DNA of 61,640 nt, filler included, from Fonticula-like sp. SCN 57-25 (GCA_001724245.1; 11 parts of 11 records of this genome joined end to end with filler, not necessarily neighbours in it); one strand, 5' to 3'; shown: positions 38,326-50,257, numbered from the whole stretch's first letter. Numbers and translations are program-made. The notes: generated from the sequence alone by a model not told the origin.

Positions 38326-38952
38326 TCAAATGTGCAGTTTGCCACCAAACTTTGGTAACAAATAGCGTTTCAATCGTTGTTTCACAGGTTTACTGATTTC
38401 GTTCTCCTCCAGGTGCAAAAAACGTAATTCCTCCAAATCTCTTACCACATTTGTAATTGCAGTTGCACCACTGTCTCCAATTTGGTTATTATCGAGATTT
38501 AACCATCGTAATTGTGTCATTTTGCTGAATGCATTCGCAAATGCAATTGCACCAGAATCTCCAATTGGATTTTCGGAAATGCTCAACTCCTCCAATCTTG
38601 TCAAATTGCCAATGGAATTGGTGATTGCAATTGCACCAGTATATCCAAATTGGTTACTACCAAGGTACAACTGTTGTAATTGTGTGAATCTGTTAATCGA
38701 ATTGGCAATTGCGATTGCACCAGAAGATCCAATTCTGTTACAATGAAACGATAACTTTTGTAATTGTGTCAAATGGGAAAGTATTGGCGCTAGTGCAATT
38801 ATGCGGGAGTCACACATTTTGAAGTAATCCAACCTCAAATCTGTCTCCTTCTGGCTGAACACTTTCATCACCTGAAAAAGTAGTAGTGTGCGGGTTCTTC
38901 TTGTGATGTTTGGAGATCCTTGAAACAAGAGCATCATCACTTGGGTTGCCAA
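38326..38952 (-). CDS. Leucine-rich repeat protein (ribonuclease-inhibitor-type 28-aa LRRs); 5' end uncertain
   Basis: About 5 repeats of LTQLQxLxLxxNxIGDSGAIAIA. Confidence 0.88.
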   Translation of the reverse strand: MATQVMMLLFQGSPNITRRTRTLLLFQVMKVFSQKETDLRLDYFKMCDSRIIALAPILSHLTQLQKLSFHCNRIGSSGAIAIANSINRFTQLQQLYLGSNQFGYTGAIAITNSIGNLTRLEELSISENPIGDSGAIAFANAFSKMTQLRWLNLDNNQIGDSGATAITNVVRDLEELRFLHLEENEISKPVKQRLKRYLLPKFGGKLHI

Positions 38953-39399
38953 TACGTTGAAACGAGAAATGTGCTTGAAGACATTTTGAATAAATGGGGT
39001 GCTTGCAATTCAACAGCACAGGTTCTTNNNNNNNNNNNNNNNNNNNNNNNNNNNNNNNNNNNNNNNNNNNNTTAATTAATTAANNNNNNNNNNNNNNNNN
39101 NNNNNNNNNNNNNNNNNNNNNNNNNNNGGGAGCAAACAGGTGCCTTCCGTGCTCGCGAGAAACGGTTTCGAGCGCTGAGCGCTGTTCTCGCGGTCCATGT
39201 CGCTGTTGCTCCTCCTCGGCTCTCTCGGTCCTACAAGCTGTACCTGAACCAGTATGCGTCCGCACGACTCCCCCCTGGCGTGATTGAGACCATTACCAAG
39301 ATTATGAAGACAGAGACTGTGAGCCCATAAGAGGAAGCCCATGCTGCCTGAATCGCCGCAAAGCGTCTGTCAGATGAAAAAAGCGGGAGGCGTCCTGGC

Positions 39400-42300
39400 A
39401 TGATCGAACGCATCATCGAATGGAGCGCCAAGAATGCATTTCTCGTGATACTGGTCCTTGTGCTGGTGATGGGATCGGGCATCTGGGCCGTGTACCAGAC
39501 GCCGCTTGATGCCATCCCCGACTTGTCAGATGTACAAGTGATTGTCTTCACGGAATGGCAGGGCCGCAGCCCTGATCTCGTCGAGGACCAAATCACTTAT
39601 CCGATCATCACCTCACTACTCGGCGCGCCTCACATCAAATCCGTCCGGGGGCAGTCCTTTCTCGGACTCTCGTTCGTCTACGTCATATTTGAAGACGGCA
39701 CGGACATGTATTGGGCGCGCAGTCGCGTGCTCGAATATTTGCAGAGCGCGCTGGGAAAGCTCCCGGAAGGCATCACCCCGACGATCGGACCGGACGCGAC
39801 CGGGGTCGGCTGGGTCTACCAGTACGCATTGATTGATCGGTCGGGCCGTCATGATCTGGCTGCCTTGCGCAGCTTTCAGGACTGGTACCTGCGCTACTGG
39901 CTGTGGAGTGTGCCGGGCGTCGCGGAAGTCGCGTCGGTGGGCGGCTTCGTTAAGCAATATCAGGTGAACGTCGACCCGACGAAGTTGCTCGGCTACCACA
40001 TTCCCTTGAGGAAGGTCATTGACGCTATTCGCCGAAGTAATAACGACGTGGGCGGGCGCGTCCTGGAGGTGAGCGAACGGGAGTACATGGTCCGGGGATT
40101 AGGCTACATCCGCACGTTGGAGGACATCCGGCAAGTCGCGATCGGAGCAGACCGGGAAGGGACGCCCATTACGGTGCAGGACGTCGCCCATGTCACCCTG
40201 GGGCCGGACATGCGCCGCGGTGCCGTGGAGCTGGACGGCCAAGGCGAGGCGGTCGGCGGGATTATCGTCATGCGCTACGGGCAGAATGCGCTGGCCGTCA
40301 TCGATCGCGTCAAACAGAAGCTCGAAGAGATCAAGGGGTCCATTCCCGAAGGCATGGAGATCCTGCCGGTCTACGATCGGTCGAACTTGATTCTCGGTGC
40401 CATCGCCACATTGAAAGAAAAGCTGATCGAGGTCAGCATTGTCGTTAGTCTCGTGAGCCTCGTCTTTCTCTTCCATCTCCGGTCAGCGCTTGTGGCCATC
40501 CTGACCTTGCCGGTGGCCATCCTGCTGTCATTCCTGGCCATGTACTACCTCGGGATCACCTCGAACGTCATGTCGCTGGCTGGTATTGCCATTGCCATTG
40601 GCGCGATGGTCGACGCCGTGATTGTGATGATCGAGAACGCCCACAAGCGCCTAGAGCAGTGGGAGGTGCGGCACCGCGCGGGGGAGGCACAGTCGGAGTC
40701 GCGCATGACGGTCATCATTCGCGCAGCGCAGGAAGTGGGGAAGCCACTGTTCTTTTCACTGCTCATTATTACCGTCTCCTTCCTTCCCGTGTTCAGCCTC
40801 GAAGCCCAGGAAGGGCGGCTGTTCAAGCCGCTCGCCTGGACCAAAACCGCGTCGATGTTTTTTGCCTCGCTTGTCTCGATCACTGTGGCGCCCCTCTTGA
40901 TGGTCTGGCTGTTGCGAGGAAGGATCCGGCCGGAGGAGAGCAACCCCATCAATCGCTGGCTCATCTGGCTCTATCGGCCGCTGGTGTCGGGCGCGGTCCG
41001 CCTGAAATGGCTCATCATCCTCCTCGCCGGGCTCGCCGTAGTCGGCAGCATCCCGCTCTATCAGAAACTCGGCTCGGAATTCATGCCGCCGCTCAACGAA
41101 GGCACCATCCTCTATATGCCCACGGCCCTGCCCGGAATCTCGATCACCGAAGCAACCCAGATTCTTCAGCGACAGGATCAGCTCATCAAGCAGTTCCCGG
41201 AGGTGGATCACGTGTTCGGGAAAGTGGGCCGGGCTAGAACGCCGACCGATCCCGCGCATCTCAGCATGGCCGAAACGGTCATCACCCTGAAGCCGGAGGA
41301 AAACTGGCGCCCGGGGATGACCTGGGATGCCCTGATCGCGGAGCTGGACAAGACTGTGAAATTTCCCGGTATGCCCAATATCTGGTGGATGCCGATCCAG
41401 ACGCGGACGGAAATGCTGGCTACCGGGATCCGTAGCAATTTGGGCATCAAGGTGCTGGGGCCGGACCTGCGGGAGATCGAACGGGTGGCGATCCAGATCG
41501 AAAGCCTGCTGTCAGGGCTTCCCGGCACCCGCAGCGCGTATGCGGAGCGGGTCACCGGCGGCTATTACTTGGACTTTCGCGTGAAGCGCGACGAAGTGGC
41601 GCGCTACGGCCTGACCGTCGAGGATGTCGAGGACATCATCGAATCGGCCATCGGGGGAAAGAACATTTCCCAGACCGTGGAGGGGCGAGAACGCTACCCC
41701 ATCAATGTCCGCTATGCCCGGGAACTCCGTGAGGATGTGGAGGGACTGCGACGGGTCTTAGTGGAAACCTCGCGTGGCGCGCAGGTTCCCATTGTGCAAC
41801 TGGCGGACATCAAGATGGTCACGGGCCCACCGGCTGTGCGGGACGAACAAGGCTCACTCGCGGGGATCATTTTTGTGGATGTCGCGGGACGCGACTTGGG
41901 TGGGTACGTCGCCGAGGCAAAACGGATTGTCAGCGAACGCGTGAAGCTCAAGCCCGGCTATCGGCTGGCCTGGGGCGGTCAGTTCGAATACATGGAGCGA
42001 GCCAAGGCACGCCTCCGGATCGCAGTCCCAGTGACGATCTTCCTGATCTTCATCCTGCTCTATCTGAACTTCCGGTCTGTGACCCGGAGTCTGATCGTGC
42101 TCCTCTCGGTGCCATTCGCGGTTGTGGGTGCCATCGTGTTCCTCTACCTGCTGGGCTACCACCTGAGCGTCGCCGTGTGGGTTGGAATCATTGCGCTCGC
42201 CGGCGTGGCGGCGGAGACCGGTGTGGTCATGATCATCTTTCTGGATGAGGCATACGAGCGGTGGCAACGCGAGGGACGGCTGAGGTCGCTGGCAGATCTC

Positions 42301-42543
42301 CGGAGCGCGATCATCGAAGGCGCTGCGCAACGTGTCCGGCCCAAGATGATGACCGCATCGGCCATTCTCATTGGGCTGTTACCGATTATGTGGAGCCATG
42401 GGACCGGTGCCGATGTGATGAAACGGATCGCGGCACCGATGATCGGCGGGATGGTCTCCTCTACGTTACTCACGCTGCTCGTGATTCCTGCCATCTATGC
42501 GGTTTGGCGAAGCCGAGCAGTTCGCAGTGAATCGGAGCGGTAA
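39400..42543 (+). CDS. cusA: Bacterial heavy-metal RND efflux permease, CusA/SilA type
   Basis: Intronless 1047 aa with GGGAGG RBS. Motifs TPLDAIPDLSDVQVI and GPDATGVGWVYQY. Met residues match the CusA Cu(I)/Ag(I) triad (LYMPT, LSMAET, TEMLAT). Confidence 0.95.
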   Translation: MIERIIEWSAKNAFLVILVLVLVMGSGIWAVYQTPLDAIPDLSDVQVIVFTEWQGRSPDLVEDQITYPIITSLLGAPHIKSVRGQSFLGLSFVYVIFEDGTDMYWARSRVLEYLQSALGKLPEGITPTIGPDATGVGWVYQYALIDRSGRHDLAALRSFQDWYLRYWLWSVPGVAEVASVGGFVKQYQVNVDPTKLLGYHIPLRKVIDAIRRSNNDVGGRVLEVSEREYMVRGLGYIRTLEDIRQVAIGADREGTPITVQDVAHVTLGPDMRRGAVELDGQGEAVGGIIVMRYGQNALAVIDRVKQKLEEIKGSIPEGMEILPVYDRSNLILGAIATLKEKLIEVSIVVSLVSLVFLFHLRSALVAILTLPVAILLSFLAMYYLGITSNVMSLAGIAIAIGAMVDAVIVMIENAHKRLEQWEVRHRAGEAQSESRMTVIIRAAQEVGKPLFFSLLIITVSFLPVFSLEAQEGRLFKPLAWTKTASMFFASLVSITVAPLLMVWLLRGRIRPEESNPINRWLIWLYRPLVSGAVRLKWLIILLAGLAVVGSIPLYQKLGSEFMPPLNEGTILYMPTALPGISITEATQILQRQDQLIKQFPEVDHVFGKVGRARTPTDPAHLSMAETVITLKPEENWRPGMTWDALIAELDKTVKFPGMPNIWWMPIQTRTEMLATGIRSNLGIKVLGPDLREIERVAIQIESLLSGLPGTRSAYAERVTGGYYLDFRVKRDEVARYGLTVEDVEDIIESAIGGKNISQTVEGRERYPINVRYARELREDVEGLRRVLVETSRGAQVPIVQLADIKMVTGPPAVRDEQGSLAGIIFVDVAGRDLGGYVAEAKRIVSERVKLKPGYRLAWGGQFEYMERAKARLRIAVPVTIFLIFILLYLNFRSVTRSLIVLLSVPFAVVGAIVFLYLLGYHLSVAVWVGIIALAGVAAETGVVMIIFLDEAYERWQREGRLRSLADLRSAIIEGAAQRVRPKMMTASAILIGLLPIMWSHGTGADVMKRIAAPMIGGMVSSTLLTLLVIPAIYAVWRSRAVRSESER

Positions 42544-42674
42544 GGAGCGCCACAGTTCCCCCGCTGGTCCTGAGGAGCACGTGCAGCATGTGTCTCCTTC
42601 CCACAAGGCAAGGCAGCTGCTGAACAATTAAGAGCCTGTAACCCCGCACGCATGTTGCCAGCAAGGAGGGCAGA

Positions 42675-43199
42675 ATGAAGATAGCGCGATTTGTGGTCTT
42701 TCTGGTCACCCTGATGTTCGGGCCCCTGGTCGCAGCACTGCTGGCTGCTTACCCTGTTACATCAGGAATCGTGGCGGCGGAGGAACCGAGGCGGGCCCGC
42801 CACATCCTCAAGGCGCAGGCATTCCATCTCGTCAATGACCAGGACCAAATCCGCGCCAGCTTGGCTCTTATTCAGGATCGTCCGACGTTCACATTGTTTG
42901 ACGAACGGGGACAGGTGCGGGGGCAAGTGTTGATGATGGCGACGGACCAAGCGGGAATCACGCTCAGCGACGCGGAGGGCGTTCCACGCCTTCACCTCGT
43001 GATCCTGCCCAATGGTTCGCCTACCATCATCCTCTCGGATCAACAGCGACAACCGCGGGCGGCGCTTGCTCTCTCCCACGAGGGCCGGCCCTCGCTGAGT
43101 TTCATGGATGAAAAAGGGCAGCTCCAGGCGCAATTGTGGGCGAAGCCGGATGACACCGTCTCGCTGGATATCGAGAAACTGAACGCACCGCAGGACTAA
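42675..43199 (+). CDS. Bacterial exported/membrane-anchored hypothetical protein with internal ~21-aa repeats
   Basis: AAGGAGG RBS; hydrophobic N-terminus; repeated P.L.L.D..G..R..L motif. Confidence 0.75.
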   Translation: MKIARFVVFLVTLMFGPLVAALLAAYPVTSGIVAAEEPRRARHILKAQAFHLVNDQDQIRASLALIQDRPTFTLFDERGQVRGQVLMMATDQAGITLSDAEGVPRLHLVILPNGSPTIILSDQQRQPRAALALSHEGRPSLSFMDEKGQLQAQLWAKPDDTVSLDIEKLNAPQD

Positions 43200-43315
43200 G
43201 ATCCCAGGACAGTAGAATGGTCAAACGAATGTTCGAGACTGTCGGTAAGTGTAGGATGATCTCTCCGGAACGCTGATCGCGAACACTTGGCTCTTTAGAA
43301 GGGGAGGAGATTGTG

Positions 43316-44592
43316 ATGAAGGCCGATGATTTCCTACGCGCGTGTTACGTGTCGCTGCTTCTGATTGGTGTACCGGCCGGAACGGTTCAAGCTGCTCCGC
43401 CGTTGAACAGCCCCTTAGAGTTAGCCGAGCTGTTGGAGGAAGCCTTAGCGCGGAATCCGGAGATTCAGGCGGCCCATCAACAATGGGAGGCGTCGAAGGA
43501 GCGGGTGCCTCAGGCTGGCACACTGCCCGATCCCACGTTCGGCGTGCAGCTGTGGAACTTCCCCCAGAACGGCAATCTCCTCACCAGCCCTGGGCGAACG
43601 CAGAATACTATCTTGACCCTTGCCCAGAAGTTCCCGTTTCCAGGAAAACTATCATTGAATGCCGAAGTGGCCAATCGAGCCGCAGGCATCCGCGAGCAGG
43701 CGATCCGAGCCAAGGAGCGTGAAATTCTCGCGCGCTTAAAGCAGGCGTACTATGAATTGTATCTGGCGCACAAAGAAATTGATGTGCATCACGACCAGAT
43801 TGATGTCGTGGAACAGTTGTTCGACACGGCGAAGGCGAAATTCCGTGCCGGGCAGGGCACGCAGGTCGATGTGCTGAAAGCCCAGGTCGAGTTGTCGGAC
43901 CTCTATCAGCGCCTGCCGGTGCTCGAGCAACGTCGCGAGACGGCAGCCGCCAAGGTCAATACTCTTTTGAACCGAGACCCGCGAACGCCGTTGGGCCGGC
44001 CGCGCGAGCCATCGCTGGCGGCCCCCGAGAAGTCGATCGAGGCACTGGAGCAGTTGGCTCAGACCACCCGGCCGGAACTGAAAGCGGCCTCGCTGAGCAT
44101 CGAACGGAGCCAACAGGCTCTGGCATATGCCAAGCGGCAATACTATCCCGACTTTGAAGTGGGAGTTCAGCGGTTTCAAAATTTTGAGGCGGTCGATGGC
44201 TTTGGCGCGATTGGTGTCATGAGTATTCCCTTCTCCTTCTGGACGAGGGGCAAATATGATGCGGGCGTGCGGGAAGCCAAGGCAGGTGAAGCGGCCGCGC
44301 GTGCGGAATTGCAAACATGGCAGAACGTGACACGGTTTCAGATTACCGAAGTGCTCGCAAAGGTCCGTGCACAGCAACAGGTCGTCGATCTCTATCGGAC
44401 CACGATCCTGCCCCAAGCGGAACAAAATATGGAGGCGGCACGCGCGGGGTACCGTACCGGGCGAAATAGTTTTCTCGATTTCTTAGAGGCGGAGCGGGCG
44501 TGGTTGGAGTTTCGACTCGCGTACTACCGAGCATTGGCCGAACGAGAGAGTCAGTTTGCTGTCCTTGAACAAGTCGTGGGCACGTTTCTAGC
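43316..44592 (+). CDS. TolC-family outer-membrane efflux protein (CusC/CzcC-like), runs to the contig end
   Basis: GGAGG RBS; signal peptide; ALARNPEIQAA, QKFPFPGKL, G.GTQVDVLKAQVEL, YRTGRNSFLDFLEA. Confidence 0.9.
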
Positions 44593-44692
44593 NNNNNNNN
44601 NNNNNNNNNNNNNNNNNNNNNNNNNNNNNNNNNNNNTTAATTAATTAANNNNNNNNNNNNNNNNNNNNNNNNNNNNNNNNNNNNNNNNNNNN

Positions 44693-44801
44693 CACTTAAC
44701 CTTATGTGTCATCGACGTTTTGTGACAAATTTCGATGACACAGTCTAAGTGTCATCGATGACACATAACCTAAGTGTCATCGATGACACTTTGACCTACC
44801 C
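44693..44801. repeat. Cluster of the 16-bp palindrome GTGTCATCGATGACAC; possible DNA-transposon terminus
   Basis: Perfect palindromes at 44749-44764 and 44774-44789 (25-bp period); half-sites at 44706-44715 and 44732-44741; located at a contig start. Confidence 0.7.
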
Positions 44802-45437
44802 TTTGAGGATAGTCGTTTTGGGTTGCTCGCGTTCACAACAAAGTCGGACAAAGCAACTAGCAGCGATGAATTATATCCTCTATGCCAATCTACTCAATCT
44901 AGATGGGAGATCGATTCGCACATCTTAATCAAAATAAATGATAATTCGAAAAAAGAGGCAATTACATAAACAGAGTACTACATTGGATAACAAAGAACAA
45001 CGTTTCTTATTTGAGCGATACCCGTGAGTCGTTTTTCATAGCATGCTATCGATGGGTTTCTCGTACTTTTGTGCGTGTGAGCATTTTCTCAGTCTACCAG
45101 CGAAAGAACAAACTTGTTCATCATTCTAAACTGTCATTAGTACACAATAAACGCTCTTTGACAGTAATTACAGTAGTATTCGGCCCTTTGTGTACATTTT
45201 GCCACTGTAAAATGTGATTGATACTATGAGAGTGCATCGTTCCAGTATCAGTGCAGTGGCAAGAGCTCAATATCCACATGAAAACGCTAGTATCTATGTC
45301 TATTCTACTTTTTAAATTGCACATTATGTGTTTTAAATGCCGGTTTTCATCAAAATACTTCTCGGCATTTGAGCTTTAATCACCAGATTTGGCGGCAATC
45401 TTGTTGCAGACACACGGCCACGTGATCCATCGTGACG

Positions 45438-47125
45438 ATGTCGGTCAAGACGGAGGGCGGGGAGCCCGCCGCCGGGACCGTGCAAGAGTTCAAGTGCGCT
45501 TTGCTTTGAATCCCTTTTCTACAACTCACGAGGACCACAGACTTGTTGTGACGCCGTCTCGCCGCCTCTTTCACGTGCTGAACTTTCCTCAGAACGACTT
45601 TCATGTCGATGGGCTTGAGCCTCCGCTGACACTGAAGCGCGTTCCGCTGAGCCAACGCCGCAAGGCCCGCTTCGAGGAGGCCGACGAGAGCATTTCGCCG
45701 CTCGGCGGCGGCCGCCTTACTGGCCGCGCCTTCCAGTCAAAGACAAAGAATGTGTACAGCGACAAGCGGACACCCGAGCAGATCGCCGAGATGGAGCGCG
45801 ATCGGCAGCCGTTGATCCTGCGCGACGCAAACGACACTACTTTTGAGGGGACTGTCGTTTCAAACTCTGTTGCGCACTACGTCGCACTTAGCCACGACGT
45901 GCGTATTGCTCCCTTCTTTTGTTATAATTCTCATCCGCCGCGCACATCAGGGCAAGGAGTTTGTCGCGTTCCCCATCCAAAAGACGTACAACGTCATCGG
46001 CCAGCGCCGCGGCGCGCCCATGACCATGGAGGAGATCGAAGTAGTTGTACGCTATTTCTTTGTTTGGTTTATGCTTTTCTAAACGTGCACCGCAGCACAA
46101 GCGTAACCTGCAGTCGACGGGCGAGTCGATGAGCGGCGGTGGCGGTGGCGGTGGCATGTACGTTGCTAAACATTAAAAATACGCTTGCTGACTGCCACTT
46201 TTCAACAGCAAATCCGAGTTTGATGCGGATGAGGAGGTAAAGGGCGAGCGTATGGAGCGCCGTCGTCGTGACGCCGCCGCGCGCGAGGAAAACGTCGGCG
46301 AGGGCGACTGGGACTACGAGGAGCAGGACGGCGACATCATCGAAGACGCCGGCGAGGACACGGTCACGAACCTAAAGTCGGGCTACGAGCCGACGGCCGA
46401 GGAAATCGAGCGCGCCCAGTCTGCAAAGTACAGCAAGGACAAGGTACGTTTCGTCATTTTACACATCCTTGCACGTCTGACTGAATGTCGGCGCCGCGCA
46501 GAACATCAAGGAGCTGCTCAAGGAGGAGCGCGAGATGCAGCGAAACGACTCGTCTGAATCTTCCGACTCGGAGGACTCGTCGGCGTCGGAGGAACTGGTC
46601 TTTTCGTCCGACTCTGACGACTCTGAGGAGGATGGGTCCGAGGCGGAAGAGTCGCCCGTCAAGGCGCCGTCGCGCTCGCGGGCCGGTTCGCCCGCAATTA
46701 CGCCGGCGGCGGGTCGCAAGCGCGGCGCCGACTCGGACACGCCGGTCGCGGGGGCGAAGCGCATCAAGGTCGAGGAGGGCGCGGCAAGCCCGGCCGAGGG
46801 CAATCCTGGTACGAAATTGAATATATTGAGCGCGGTAGGTTGCTGACGAATATGTGGTGAAATAGAGCTGCTGCTGACGCGCGCAGAGGTGCGGCGCATG
46901 TGGCGCGCGCCAATCACGTTCAAGGAGTTTAGCAGAAAGTGCGTTGTTTGACCATATATGCTTGCATTGCTGACGACGTTGTGCTTCTTTTTTTGTGTGT
47001 TCAGTTTCAGGGCGCGGTGCAAGCAGCACCCGCAGAACAACTCGCTGCTGCACACATTTGTGCGCGAGATGTTTGTCGCAAAGGAGAACAATGGCGAGCT
47101 GCTGCTCTACCTTGCCAGCGGATAA
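45438..47125 (+). CDS. TFG1: TFIIF large subunit (RAP74/Tfg1), multi-exon
   Basis: Spliced: FQSKTKNVY..ERDRQPLILRD..FEGT..HYVAL|..FVAFPIQKTYNV..MTMEEIE; acidic/Ser-rich middle; winged-helix-like C-terminus ending LLLYLASG*. Confidence 0.72.
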
Positions 47126-47414
47126 GGGAATAGAGGTCGCGGAAAATATTCAATATTGTATCGATATTATTTTATAATGTACGTGCCATACAAGAAAGAT
47201 TTCTGAATTTGTTTTCACTCTATTTGGACACGCATTGTAACTCTTAAAATGCCACATTCGTATGACCATTATTGAATATGTTGCTGTGTCTCTTCGCGTC
47301 GCTCAAACCAACAAACGGGGGTGACAAAAATAAACACCCTTGGATGTATTACAGGGTGCACCCCCTTCGAACCGTTTCAAATCGTCAGCGTGTTGGCGCG
47401 CCTGCAGGGACACG

Positions 47415-50133
47415 ATGGACGGCGGGCTTGCAGCGCTGCTGAACCAGCCGTACTCGCTCGCGCACGTGGGCAATGTATCGGCCTACCTGACAAAGGTGCT
47501 TGAAAAGACAGAGGACGTTCGCGACTTTCATTGGCTGTTGCCAAAGCTTCTCGCGCACATCTTCGGCGTCGACACCCGGCCGTGCGCTCTCCCTCGTGAT
47601 CCCATGCGGCTTTCGCTAATGCTTTGCGGCGCTCTAGTGGCTGGCTTGAGCTCGCTCGCGTGACTGCCGAATACAATGCGCTTCACCAGCTGCTTCGGCC
47701 GAACGGGCCGCTCTTCCAGCTAATCCTTCGCGAGTGGCGGACGCCCTACGAGCTCGACGAGGATCGGTTCCCTGTGCGTCCTCCCCCCCGCTGCCACGCG
47801 TGTCTCACTGTTTGCCGAACTGTTTGTAGGTGTCGGTGCAAAAGGTTTTGAGTGGCATGGCGCCGCGGCAGATGTCGATGTTTGGCAAGGCCGATTTGGC
47901 GCAGTTTTTCACGCGGCGGCTCCATCAGGGCCGCGATCCTTCAAAGTGGTGCATCAAGCTAGGTGCGCACACCGCCCCCCCGCCCTCTTTAGTACTCACA
48001 GCAGCGCTTTAGATATGATTGAATATTACGTGTACTGTCTATTGTACTTTGCCAACATTGCGCACACGACGCCCCCGAGCGAGATGCCGGCGGTGAACCA
48101 GCCGCGCCCGCTCGCACACCTCGTGCCGCGCATCACGGGCGTCGTCGCCGACGGCACCAACGACGTCTACATCAACCTCGTCCAAGAATACGCGCTCTTT
48201 TTCATTCCCATTCCGTACGTGGCTCTAGTTTAATATTTAATTTAGTTGCTAACATGTACCGAAAGTGCCGCTGTCAAGCCCGCACGGGCACCGGCAGCGA
48301 CGCTAGCGGCCTCGCCACGGCAGTTTCTGCAGCAGCAGCTGCCGCTTGCACCGCCGCTTGCGTCCGTTGACGCGCCCGCGGTCAACGTCATCACTTGCGC
48401 GTACGCAGTTTGCGGTTTGCATTTTGTTGGCTCACTTTTGCCGACAGGACTCCCGAACGGCCGATGACGGGAATGACAGAGTTTTTCGTCGATGCGGTTA
48501 TTCAACTTTGGCTTTCGCAGAACGACTTTTCGCGGCCTTCAACGGTTTGTCCTTTTTGTCACTTTCTGTGCACTAACTTTTTTCACAGTCTCTTATTGCT
48601 CCTTCACCTCTTTTGTGCCGCAGCATCCACAAGATTGCCCGCCACGTCAGCTTTTCGCACGCCCTTCACCCCGCCATGAAGACCGCCTCGCCCGAGCACA
48701 GCCGCTTTGCCTCGACCGCGCAGGCGATGCTGCAGCCCATCCTCTTCCGCTTCATCACGGGCCTCATCAAGCGCGCCGTCGGCACCGACGCCTTTATGCC
48801 GATCGTCATCGATATCTGGGCCGCGTACGTGCTGCCGTGGGACCAGTCGCCGCCCGTCGGGCCCAATCACAAGGCGGCATTTTCGATGACGTGGATGCCG
48901 TTTGTGCTCGACAACTTTCCGTTCTACTCGGAGGTGCTGCGCGCGCTGCTGAGGGGGAGGATTATGCTGCCGCTGGTCGAGGCGAATGCAGAGGTGGGCA
49001 CGCTCGCGGCGGCAACGTCGGTCGTGACGTCGTCGGTTATGCTGCTCGAGCAGCTCAGGAAAGGTGCGAAATGCTGTTTTTTGTTGCTTTTTATGTGTAT
49101 TTGTGGTATACTTTGCTGTGTTTGGGTGTCTTTGGCATCATTGGTTCACTTTTGCTAACTTTTCCTTAGCTGAAAATGACTATTTTTCCGCCAAGAAATC
49201 GCCTTACGGCGGCCACAATGGTACTTTCACCCCCATTTTGCCTCTTTTTTCTGACTTTTTCCCTATTCAGCTGGCGACGCTGCCGCGATTGCCGCGATCT
49301 CCAAGAGCCTCCAAGTCCTCCGCGTCGCCCCCACCGAATTCCTCCCACTTTTCACTCTCCGCTCGATGGACTCCCTCCACGCGAGCGACACTCTTTACAT
49401 GCAAATCCGCTCGCTTCAATCCGCTCTCCTTATGACCATCGAGCAGTGCGAAGCCATGGGCGCGCGCCCCAACAGCACACCGTCCACTGCGCTCTTCTCC
49501 TCCCCCGCGTCCGCCATGACGACACCTCGCCGCGGCGGCGCCACCGAAGCGCCCCTTTTGAGCGGCGTGAAACACCTTCTTGGCCAGGACAGCGGCAACC
49601 CCGCGCAGCGCCTTCAAACACACCTCAAAAACCTCATCACTTTCTCGATGAATTTGGCGCGCATTTTCGTGGACGTTCCCGGCTATGAGCAGCGCGCCGT
49701 TACCCGGTCAGGCGAGAGCAGCAGCTCTGTTGGCGGCGCGCGCGCCCCGGCGGTGCCGCCGCTGAGCCCGCAGTCGGACGAAAAGGGCATGCTGACCGAG
49801 CTCGGCAAGGCGCAGCTGAGGAGCGGGATACGAAAGACGAGCAAGCTGTCAAAGACGCCCGTGCTGAATCATAGGGACAGGTCGGTCGTGAAGAGCTATG
49901 AGATTGGGTTTTTGGTGCAGCCGCTGGAGAGGCTGAGCGACGCGGTGAATGCGCAGTGGGCGCGGTATGTGCAGCACTTGAATGCCACGAGGGGGATCTC
50001 GCTGCCGGCGGGGATCGCGGGGGCAAAGGTGAACTTGAGGCTGTTTGCGGCGTATCCGAATTTGCTGTTTATGTGTGTCGTGTTTGTCGTCATGTGGCTG
50101 GTATGGACAGTGGCGCGGTTGGCGTCTGCATGA
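47415..50133 (+). CDS. SMPD4 (neutral sphingomyelinase 3)-like tail-anchored protein, multi-exon
   Basis: LPKLLAHIFG..GW, LLRPNGPLF, EYYVYCL, IWAAYVLPW, WMPFVLDNFPFY, KSYEIGFLV..LSDAVN, NLRLFAAY, plus a C-terminal TM helix. Confidence 0.8.
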
Positions 50134-50257
50134 CGTGGACAATAGACAGTATTTAATNNNNNNNNNNNNNNNNNNNNNNNNNNNNNNNNNNNNNNNNNNN
50201 NTTAATTAATTAANNNNNNNNNNNNNNNNNNNNNNNNNNNNNNNNNNNNNNNNNNNN

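Noticed and set aside
39128-39330. Open frame upstream of cusA as a possible cusB end
   Set aside because: It shows no resemblance to a membrane-fusion protein C-terminus and is too short to call.
33556-44592. Apparent 'metal-resistance island' (TerD array near cusA/TolC) or bacterial HGT into the eukaryote
   Set aside because: The genes lie on different contigs separated by linkers; their adjacency reflects contig ordering only.
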